Below are positions 37,364 to 45,413 of a stretch of 64,000 nt of DNA, in pieces. The first letter of the stretch is position 1; each line of letters starts with the position of its first letter. Made by a program: the position numbers and the translations under genes. This DNA comes from Candidatus Sericytochromatia bacterium (lineage in GTDB: Bacteria > Cyanobacteriota > Sericytochromatia > UBA7694 > JACMQJ01), in contig JAXLXH010000001.1 of the NCBI GenBank assembly GCA_046328015.1, positions 796,131 to 860,130 of the forward strand, given 5' to 3'. The notes under the pieces were generated by a model. That model searched no databases. It was not told the origin of the DNA and saw only the letters and a list, made by a program, of their open reading frames with translations.

Positions 37364-38119
37364 TCACAAATTGTTTATTTCAAGCTTTGCTTCTTCAAAT
37401 ATTTTTAAAGATTTTTTATCAAATTGATAGTTTTTTATTAAATCAGGTCTATTTAATAAAGTTCTTTTAAATTTTTCTTTTAATCTCCATTTATCTATAT
37501 TTTTATGATGACCAGATAGTAGTATTTCTGGAACACTCCAACCATTAAAATTAGCTGGTCTAGTATAATGAGGACAATCTAATAAACCATCACTAAATGA
37601 ATCTTGTTTTGCGGAATCTTCATTGCCTAAAACATTTGGTAAAAACCTAATAACTGAATCTATTATAATCAAAGTAGGAATTTCACCACCTGTTAAAACA
37701 TAATCTCCCACAGAAATTTTTTCGTCTATAAGATGATCTATAATTCTTTGATCAATTCCTTCATAATGTCCACATAAAATATTTATCTCATCTAATTTTG
37801 CATATTCTTGTGCTTTTTTATGATCATAGTTAACTCCAGTAGGGCAAGTAAAAATTAATTTTTTTTGGTAGTTTTCTGTATTGGGTTGTTTTTTATTTAA
37901 AGCTTCGATGGCTCTAAAAATAGGTTCTGGTTTTAATACCATACCACAACCGCCACCAAAAGGTGCATCATCAGCTTTTTTATGTTTATCAAAAGTAAAA
38001 TCTCTGATATCTATAATATTTACTTCTAAACTTTCAGCTTCAATAGCTCTTTTTATAATACTAGTATTTAATGGTGAAACAAAAAACTCAGGAAAAAGTG
38101 TTAATATATTAATTTTCAT
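37364..38119 (-). CDS. trmD: tRNA (guanine-N1)-methyltransferase
   Basis: ILTLFPEF, DDAPFGGGCGMVLKPEP, CGHYEGIDQR, SVGDYVLTGGE, PHYTRP. Confidence 0.97.
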   Translation of the reverse strand: MKINILTLFPEFFVSPLNTSIIKRAIEAESLEVNIIDIRDFTFDKHKKADDAPFGGGCGMVLKPEPIFRAIEALNKKQPNTENYQKKLIFTCPTGVNYDHKKAQEYAKLDEINILCGHYEGIDQRIIDHLIDEKISVGDYVLTGGEIPTLIIIDSVIRFLPNVLGNEDSAKQDSFSDGLLDCPHYTRPANFNGWSVPEILLSGHHKNIDKWRLKEKFKRTLLNRPDLIKNYQFDKKSLKIFEEAKLEINNL

Positions 38120-38528
38120 CTTTTTCTTTATTTACGTTAGAATAATAATCTTGGTTAAATATTTTTTCTGCACGTAATTTTAAGTATCCAAGACTAACAA
38201 AATCTATTTTTTTTTCAAAATAACCAGAAAAAATAAATAAAGCCATAAATAAAATTAAAATAAACGAAATGCCCTTAAAAAATATATTTTCTTCTCTATG
38301 TTGTATAAAAATTCTATATATAAGTGATTTTTCATACATTTTTTCAACAGTAGGAATTAACTTATCTGTTTCTACAGACATAGTCTTAAAAATTTCATTT
38401 TCTATTTTACAATTATTACAAGTAACTATATGATTTTCAATATCATTAGTTTCTTCTTTAGATAGTTGACCTCTAGAATATTCTGTTAAATAAAGAGAAA
38501 TATGTTCACAATCATTTATAATAGCCAT
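38109..38528 (-). CDS. Zinc-binding anti-sigma factor (zf-HC2) with TM helix
   Basis: HIVTCNNC (HxxxCxxC); one TM segment; downstream of the ECF sigma gene. Confidence 0.82.
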   Translation of the reverse strand: MAIINDCEHISLYLTEYSRGQLSKEETNDIENHIVTCNNCKIENEIFKTMSVETDKLIPTVEKMYEKSLIYRIFIQHREENIFFKGISFILILFMALFIFSGYFEKKIDFVSLGYLKLRAEKIFNQDYYSNVNKEKDEN

Positions 38529-38534
38529 TTTTAT

Positions 38535-39248
38535 TTATATACCTTCTTCATTTTTTAATTCTTCAGCTACTATATTATTTTTATCATTTATAGATAATAA
38601 TTCAGAGTTAAATTCTTGAGTAGAATTAGAACCTAAATCATTTATTTCATCAGAGTTATTATTAGGTACTATAACTTGAGGGAGATTTAATAAACCAGTT
38701 CTATTTTGTAGATAAACTTCTTTTAATTCCCTTTTTACTCTATATAAAAGTCTTCTTACTTCTATATCTTCTAAGCCCAAAATAAAACCAACTTCTGGAG
38801 CACTTAAACCTTCAAAATCCATCAGGACAAAAACAGCTTTTTCTTTATCATCAAAAGTTCTAATTTTTTCTAAAAATTGAGCCAACTGCTTTTTTTCTTC
38901 ATCATCAAAAGCTAACATGGTTGAATAATTTATTTCTATTAAATTATTTTCATTATAAAAAGAACTATTTATGCTTTTGCCCTTAGGTCTTATTTCTTCA
39001 ATATTTTTTAATAACAAATCATATAACCAAGAAACAAAGCCTTCATATGAATATAAATCTTTTATATTTTCTGTTACTTGTTTAAAAGTATTTTCTATTG
39101 CTTTTTCTGCTAGTTTTTGATCTTCTATCAAAGTTACTGCTAATGAAAAACAAAAATTTAAATATTTTACCAATAAAGCTTCTACAGCTCTTTTATCGCC
39201 TTTGATAGAAAGTTTAATTAGTTTTTTATCTTCTCTTGTATATAACAT
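38535..39248 (-). CDS. ECF-type RNA polymerase sigma factor (divergent region 2)
   Basis: LIKLSIKGDKRAVEALL, GFVSWLY, KAVFVLMDFEGLSAPEVGFILG...VRRLLYRVKREL; likely start MLYTRE at 39248. Confidence 0.8.
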   Translation of the reverse strand: MLYTREDKKLIKLSIKGDKRAVEALLVKYLNFCFSLAVTLIEDQKLAEKAIENTFKQVTENIKDLYSYEGFVSWLYDLLLKNIEEIRPKGKSINSSFYNENNLIEINYSTMLAFDDEEKKQLAQFLEKIRTFDDKEKAVFVLMDFEGLSAPEVGFILGLEDIEVRRLLYRVKRELKEVYLQNRTGLLNLPQVIVPNNNSDEINDLGSNSTQEFNSELLSINDKNNIVAEELKNEEGI

Positions 39249-39316
39249 AATAAGTATTATTCTATCATAAAAGAAAAGTACTAAAAACACACTGTTTTAT
39301 TTTTTATTTTTATTAT

Positions 39317-39400
39317 AGAATACCTCAGAGCTCTGCTCTGGGGTTTCAGTGGGTATGGGGGCAGAGCCCCCGATACCCCGTAGGAGGTCTTAAATTCATT
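39317..39400. mobile_element. Short palindrome-bounded element (PATE/REP-like), copy 1
   Basis: AGAATACCTCAGAGCTCTGCTCTGGGGTTTCA...GGGGGCAGAGCCCCC GATACCCCGTAGGAGGTCTTAAATTCATT; homologous to 55593-55699. Confidence 0.7.
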
Positions 39401-39434
39401 AACAGTAAATCATAAAAATCTGATTAATCCTAAT

Positions 39435-39914
39435 TCAGAAATTTAGAACATATTTTACATAACTAAAATCATTCTTATCTTCTTTTTCAGCTATTTTCCA
39501 AATATTTAAATCTAATTTAGGAAAAAAAATATTACAATCATAATCTCCTTTTACTTCTGTAGCATAAATTTCATGGCAATAAGGTAAAAATAAATTATAA
39601 ATTTCTCCTCCTCCAAATATCCATCCAGAATCTATTTTTTCTAAAATATTATTATAATCATCAAATAAAAGTGTATTTTCATAATTTAATTCTTTTATTT
39701 TTTTACTCAAAACAATACTATTTCTTTTTGGTAAGGGCTTTCCTATTTTATCAATAATACTTTTAAAAGTTTTATAACCCATAATAATATTTTGATTTAG
39801 TGTTAATTCTCTAACTCTTTTTAAATCTTCTGGAAAATACCAAGGTATAAGTAAATCTTTACCTATGCCATTTTTTTCATCATAAGCTACTATTATTTTA
39901 TAATCTTTTTGCAT
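39435..39914 (-). CDS. folA: Dihydrofolate reductase
   Basis: IVAYDEKNGIG, PWYFPEDL, IIMGYKTF, PLPKRNSIVLS, IFGGGEIY, FFP. Confidence 0.93.
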   Translation of the reverse strand: MQKDYKIIVAYDEKNGIGKDLLIPWYFPEDLKRVRELTLNQNIIMGYKTFKSIIDKIGKPLPKRNSIVLSKKIKELNYENTLLFDDYNNILEKIDSGWIFGGGEIYNLFLPYCHEIYATEVKGDYDCNIFFPKLDLNIWKIAEKEDKNDFSYVKYVLNF

Positions 39915-39915
39915 T

Positions 39916-41532
39916 TTAAACTTCTTTTAATACCGAAAGAGGTATTATACCATCAGCAAAAAGATGTTTGGCATGTTCTTTAAAAGTAGTTATACAAAAA
40001 GAATTAAACTTTTTGGCAACTTCAGTAAAATCATCTTTATTTATCAAATCTACTAATTCTTTATTAACTCTAACTATTTCAAAAGTAGCTATCATACCTT
40101 TATAGCCTCCTAAACAATAATTACAGCCTCTTATATCAGGTTCATAAGGAGTTATAAATGCATCATCTGATAAAGCTAATGCTTTTTTTAACTCATCAGA
40201 ACTTTCAACTCTTATTTTACAATTATCGCATAAACATTTTAATAATTTTTGATTTATAATTGATTGAATTGAAGAAAAATTAGGAAATCCTAAAGCTTTC
40301 ATTCTTTTAAGAGCTGAAACAACATTATAAGATCTAAAGCTTGTTAATACAAGCATTCCTGATAAAGCTAATTCTTCTATTAATAATGCCCAAGAAGGAT
40401 CTTTTGATTCTTCAAACATTATCACATTAGGATTATGCTTTATCATATCATAAACTAATTCTTTTAAAGATGTATTTTTATCCAATTTAGTTTGTGAAAC
40501 ATAAGTGTCAAAAATATATTGAATATTTTCTTCAATAGTCATTAATTGATGTTTATTAGATATTTTACTTTTTAAAATAGAATATAATGTTGTTGTTTTA
40601 CCAGAACCTGAATCTCCTACTACTAAAACCAAGCCTTTATTTTTTTCAATAGATTTATAAATTTCTAAATAAGCTTTATCCGTATAAAAAAGCTTTTCTA
40701 TATCTGGTATGGGATAGCCAATTCTTAAAATTAATTTTTCACCATTTATAGTATTTAAACTATCTAATAAAATATTAAACTCTCTTTTATTTGAATCAAA
40801 AAATCTATAATTCCCTGAAAAATTATGCTTTTTAGCAGGATCTATGGCAAATGCTTGTCTAATTTGATTTATAAATTGAGTATATATTTTTTTACTTAAT
40901 CTTGCTTCTTCATAAAAAGCATCATCTATTTTAAATCTTATTCTTACATCTTCTAAGGCGGGTTCTATACTTATCTGACCAGCAAATTTTTTTATTGCAC
41001 TTTCAATCATTTTACCAATCAATCTATTAATTGAGCTTTCAGAATTAACATCACTAACATCTTTTTGTGTAATACTTAATTCATTAGATTCAACTTTTTC
41101 TGCCCCTGTTTTTAAAAACTTCTTAATTAAATATTCATGTTCTTCTTTAGAGATAGCACAAGTTTGTAAAGCGGTACTTTTGCCCAATACCATACTTACT
41201 GAATCTTTAGTTAAAAGGTCTTTTACATTTACCATAGCTAAAATAAGTGCATTATTTTCAAATTTTAAAGGAAATACTTTGTTGTTTTTTATGATATGCT
41301 CAGGAAGCATTTTTATAACATTAGGATGTATATAAATATCTTTTATATCAATATCCTCTAAATCATAAGATTCTAAAATATCTTTGATTCTAGCTTCAGT
41401 AGTTAAGCCTTTTTCTATAAGAATTAAAGTTAAATTTTTATTAGTTCTTAATTGCTCTTCTAAAGCTACTTGAAGATCATGAGGAGTAACTTCTCCAGAC
41501 TCCATAAGTTTTTTTACTGCTTTATCTAACAT
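39916..41532 (-). CDS. GspE/PilB-family ATPase-like protein with degenerate catalytic motifs
   Basis: MshEN-like N-terminus; SIEP...VRIRFKIDD; Walker A GDSGSGKTTT; Zn motif CDNC...CNYC; altered Asp box, Walker B and His box. Confidence 0.85.
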   Translation of the reverse strand: MLDKAVKKLMESGEVTPHDLQVALEEQLRTNKNLTLILIEKGLTTEARIKDILESYDLEDIDIKDIYIHPNVIKMLPEHIIKNNKVFPLKFENNALILAMVNVKDLLTKDSVSMVLGKSTALQTCAISKEEHEYLIKKFLKTGAEKVESNELSITQKDVSDVNSESSINRLIGKMIESAIKKFAGQISIEPALEDVRIRFKIDDAFYEEARLSKKIYTQFINQIRQAFAIDPAKKHNFSGNYRFFDSNKREFNILLDSLNTINGEKLILRIGYPIPDIEKLFYTDKAYLEIYKSIEKNKGLVLVVGDSGSGKTTTLYSILKSKISNKHQLMTIEENIQYIFDTYVSQTKLDKNTSLKELVYDMIKHNPNVIMFEESKDPSWALLIEELALSGMLVLTSFRSYNVVSALKRMKALGFPNFSSIQSIINQKLLKCLCDNCKIRVESSDELKKALALSDDAFITPYEPDIRGCNYCLGGYKGMIATFEIVRVNKELVDLINKDDFTEVAKKFNSFCITTFKEHAKHLFADGIIPLSVLKEV

Positions 41533-41602
41533 TTACACACTCTCTTTCTTTATAGTAAATAGTTGAAATTTAAAATATATTACTTCTAACTTATTACCTT
41601 AT

Positions 41603-42703
41603 TTATTTTTTTATAATAAAACTAACATTGGCATAAGATGGTAAACTTTGACTATACTTATTAAATTCTTCTTTATTTTTAAAAGTTCCAGCTAGAAAGT
41701 CTAACTGATGTAAGTTTGGTAAAAATGCACCACCTGTATCTCCTATTATACCCATTTTTAAATGAGTTTTATCAGCTATTTTGTAATTTAATAAAACTAT
41801 TTTGCCTACTCCTATATTAAATACATCTCCTGCAAAGGTTACAGAATCTTCTATTTTTATTCTATGTTCTATATCTTTTCCATAACCATTTATACCTTCT
41901 ACATTTTTGAAGTACCAATATCTTTTTTGATTTTCTCTTTTTAAGCCTTTAACATATGCTATAGAATTGTTTCTATCTACATTGTAATATTTTTTAGAAC
42001 CATCAGGAAAATTTACTAAAAGAGTTCCTTCCATTAGAGCTTCCTCTAATCCATCTCTAGTCAAATAAACTAAGGCTTTAGCTTTTCCAAACTCTTTACC
42101 TCCTTTTTCAAAAATACCAGTCAGAACTTCTTGTTTGGTATATTTTTTATAAAAGTCATCTTTGGCTACTATTTCATAAAGAGGTATATTAAATTTAGCT
42201 GTTTTAGTTTTAGAACCTTGATGATTAAAAATAGCATATTTAGTTATTCTTACTTTATCCTGATTTAAATCTTTTGGATTATAAGGTTTCCAATTTATTA
42301 TTCTAAAGTTTTGATTTAAAAATTCAGGTTCAGCTAATCTATTTTTACCTGATTTCAAATCATCTTCCAAAATTATTTTCATGAAATTAAGAGTATCTAA
42401 AAGAGTATCTAAATCTACTCCATATTGTCCCAAAATACCAGCTCTTTCTATAACTTTATCCGAACCTAGATTTTTATTAAAATAATCTAAGGTATTTTCA
42501 ATTGTTTTTAATAATTTTTTTTGATCAAATTCAATTATTTTTTTTTCTTTTATAGTTGAATCATAAAAATATTTTGAATCATTTACTTTGAAGCTCTCCT
42601 TTTCAAACTCATCTACAGCTGAATAAGAAAAATCATCTGCAAAAGCAGAACTACTAAAAATTAAAGTACCTGCAATAAGTAAACTAGAAATAAATTTTTT
42701 CAT
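41603..42703 (-). CDS. MltA/3D-domain-like secreted protein (lytic transglycosylase-like)
   Basis: Signal peptide; C-terminal GIIGDTGGAF...QLDFLAG; ALMEGT. Confidence 0.65.
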   Translation of the reverse strand: MKKFISSLLIAGTLIFSSSAFADDFSYSAVDEFEKESFKVNDSKYFYDSTIKEKKIIEFDQKKLLKTIENTLDYFNKNLGSDKVIERAGILGQYGVDLDTLLDTLNFMKIILEDDLKSGKNRLAEPEFLNQNFRIINWKPYNPKDLNQDKVRITKYAIFNHQGSKTKTAKFNIPLYEIVAKDDFYKKYTKQEVLTGIFEKGGKEFGKAKALVYLTRDGLEEALMEGTLLVNFPDGSKKYYNVDRNNSIAYVKGLKRENQKRYWYFKNVEGINGYGKDIEHRIKIEDSVTFAGDVFNIGVGKIVLLNYKIADKTHLKMGIIGDTGGAFLPNLHQLDFLAGTFKNKEEFNKYSQSLPSYANVSFIIKK

Positions 42704-42861
42704 CTCTTATTTTTCCTAAAAAAATTTGGTTAAAAATACTAATTAATTATATCAGAAGATACAATGTTTATAAGAAAATAAGGTGTTTTTAATCTATCAA
42801 TTTTTGAATAATTCTTTATTTAAATATTTAAATTTAAACCTTTATAAGTTTAGGGTTTTTA

Positions 42862-42883
42862 TTATTCTAATCTTATTCTAATC
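42862..42883 (+). promoter_or_regulatory. Tandem 11-bp direct repeat, candidate OmpR/PhoB-family binding box
   Basis: TTATTCTAATC occurs exactly twice in tandem about 53 bp upstream of the TolC start. Confidence 0.5.
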
Positions 42884-42935
42884 TTACTTTTATTAAAATA
42901 TCTATTTTTAAGTATCTAATTAATTTATTTGTAAT

Positions 42936-44159
42936 ATGAAAAAAATATTTTTAAGTTGTTTTTTAATTTCCCTAAATTGGGGAAATATATCTTATGCAGA
43001 AAATCTTATAGATTTATATAAGTCTGGTGTAAAAAACTCACCTAATTTTAAAGCTTTTGAAATAAAAAATACGGCTTTAGATTTTAATAATAAGTCTATA
43101 GAAAAAAATAGATTCATTAATTTTAATACAGAACTAAAAAGAAATATTTTTAACTCTTTTAATGAACTTTCTTCTGGAGAAAATATTATTTTTAATGCTA
43201 ATTTTGACTTATTTTATAAAAAGAAACCAGAAATAGAAAAAAATATTTTAGAAATAGAAAAAAACTTATCCTTATTAACTTTAGAAAAAAAAGATTTATT
43301 TATAAAAATAACAGATTTGTATTTTGAATATATAAAATATAAAAAATTATTGGAAGTTCATAAAAAAAATTTAGATTGGGTAATAAAAAATATTTTTATT
43401 GTAGAAAAGGGAATTGAAGGTGGAATTTATCCTTCAAATGAAATATTTAGATGGAAAATAGAAAAATATAAACAAGAAAATATTTTAGAAAATGATAATT
43501 TACAACTTAAATTAATTTTAGAAGATCTAAAAAAAATAACTTTTTTAGATAATATAAAAATTACTGAAGAACTAAAAAGTAAAAATATTTTTAGCTTAGA
43601 GGCTATTTTAAAAAATGATCCTCAACAAAAAATAACTAATCTTTCTAATTCACAAGTAGAAAAAGAAATAGAAATAGAAAAAAATTATTGGTATCCAGAA
43701 TTTAAGTTATCAAATGAATATAATTTTTCTAGAAATATAACTATAAAAGAACCTAATTTTAATAATAATCTAAATATGTCACTTTCTATTAATTTGTACT
43801 TTAATATTTTAGATGGAGGTAAAGAAGATAAAATAGCTTCTTTAGGTAAAAATATAGAACTAAATAATATAGAGTTTTTAAAATATAATCAAGAATTAAA
43901 AAATACCGTTAATTTAAAGCTTTTAGAAATAGAAAGCCAAAATAAACAAATAAACAATGCTAAAAATATTATTGAAGTATCTGAAACTAATCTTAGTAAA
44001 CTTTTAATTGGATATCATAAAAAATTTATTGATTTAAATACTTTGATAACTTCATATAAAGAAAATTTAGTTTTACAAGAAGACTATATTAATTTATCTG
44101 TGAATTTAGAAAAAAACAAAGAAATACTTTATCATCTTTCTTCAGGAGATATATATTAA
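42936..44159 (+). CDS. TolC family outer-membrane efflux protein
   Basis: Signal peptide, helical repeats, NILDGG strand motif; first gene of the operon, directly abutting the MFP gene. Confidence 0.8.
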   Translation: MKKIFLSCFLISLNWGNISYAENLIDLYKSGVKNSPNFKAFEIKNTALDFNNKSIEKNRFINFNTELKRNIFNSFNELSSGENIIFNANFDLFYKKKPEIEKNILEIEKNLSLLTLEKKDLFIKITDLYFEYIKYKKLLEVHKKNLDWVIKNIFIVEKGIEGGIYPSNEIFRWKIEKYKQENILENDNLQLKLILEDLKKITFLDNIKITEELKSKNIFSLEAILKNDPQQKITNLSNSQVEKEIEIEKNYWYPEFKLSNEYNFSRNITIKEPNFNNNLNMSLSINLYFNILDGGKEDKIASLGKNIELNNIEFLKYNQELKNTVNLKLLEIESQNKQINNAKNIIEVSETNLSKLLIGYHKKFIDLNTLITSYKENLVLQEDYINLSVNLEKNKEILYHLSSGDIY

Positions 44160-45413
44160 ATGAAAAATATTAATTTAACTTTATTAGCAAAAAAAATAAA
44201 AGAAATAATATTAGAAATTAGTAATTTATTATTCTATATTCGTTTAAAAAAGAAAAGTAAGTTTAGTTTATTATTAATCTCTATGATATTTATTTTTTCT
44301 TGTACTGAAAATGAGAAAAAAGAAAAAGAAGATAAAAAAGAAAAAACTGAAACTAAATCTTCTGCAAAAGATCATAAAGAAGAAAAAGAAGATGAACATG
44401 GAGAACATAAAGAAGCAGAAGAAAAAGATGAACATGAGGGCGATGAAGAAAAGGTAGCCGCTCTTATTACTGTTAGTACCATAAAACCAAAATTAGAAAA
44501 TGATAACCTTTTTATAGAAGCTCAAGGTAAAGTATTAGCAAAAAAAAATAGTACTATAACTTCTTTATCCGAAGGAGTTATAAAAAAAATAAACTTTTCT
44601 ATCGGAGATAATATAAAAGCAGGTGAAATTATAGCTATTTTGGATAACAAAGAATCAGACAATGAAATTGAAATTTTAAATAATAAGCTAAAAATAAATC
44701 TAAATACTATAAAAAATTTAGATGATAAACTAAAAAGCTATAGTGAAATGTTAAAAATAGGAATAGTTGCAAAGAATGATGTTGATAATATAAAAAATGA
44801 AATAAATAATAAAAAATCTGAAAATGAAGATATAAAATTAAATATAAGTAAGCTTTCTATAAGAAAAGGTAATAATGAAATAAAAGCTAATATTAATGGG
44901 TATATTTCTGATATTTTATCAGATGGAGCTTTTGTTAATAAAGGACAAAGTATTGCTACCATAATTTCAGAAAAAGATGAATATATAGAAGCTTTGGTTC
45001 CTGCTGAAAATATAAAAAGTATTTATAATAATCAAAAAGTTAAAATTATAGCTTCTACAAATACTAAAGCTATAAATGCTTTTGTTAATAATATTTCTCC
45101 TGTAGCTTCTTTTAATATGATAAAAGTAATTTTAAAAGCAGATCAAGTTTTACCTTTAAATTTAGATGTAAAAATACAAATTCCATCTAAAGCTTTATCA
45201 GGATTAAGTATTCCTAAGACCTCTGTTGTTTTAAATGAAGGGAAAACTTCAGTTTTTATTGTTAAAGATGGAAAAGCTGTAGCAAAAGAAATTGAAATAC
45301 AAAAAGATTTTGATAATAAGGTTATTGTTTCAAAAGGAATTTCTAGTAATGATCAAATTATAGTAAAAAATGCAGATGTATTAGCAGATGGAACAAAGGT
45401 AATAGTAAAATGA
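44160..45413 (+). CDS. RND periplasmic adaptor (MFP) with His/Glu-rich N-terminal segment
   Basis: Lipoyl-like GVIKKINFSIGDNIKAGEIIA; IKANINGYI; IPKTSVV; DGTKV; lipobox IFSC. Confidence 0.88.
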   Translation: MKNINLTLLAKKIKEIILEISNLLFYIRLKKKSKFSLLLISMIFIFSCTENEKKEKEDKKEKTETKSSAKDHKEEKEDEHGEHKEAEEKDEHEGDEEKVAALITVSTIKPKLENDNLFIEAQGKVLAKKNSTITSLSEGVIKKINFSIGDNIKAGEIIAILDNKESDNEIEILNNKLKINLNTIKNLDDKLKSYSEMLKIGIVAKNDVDNIKNEINNKKSENEDIKLNISKLSIRKGNNEIKANINGYISDILSDGAFVNKGQSIATIISEKDEYIEALVPAENIKSIYNNQKVKIIASTNTKAINAFVNNISPVASFNMIKVILKADQVLPLNLDVKIQIPSKALSGLSIPKTSVVLNEGKTSVFIVKDGKAVAKEIEIQKDFDNKVIVSKGISSNDQIIVKNADVLADGTKVIVK

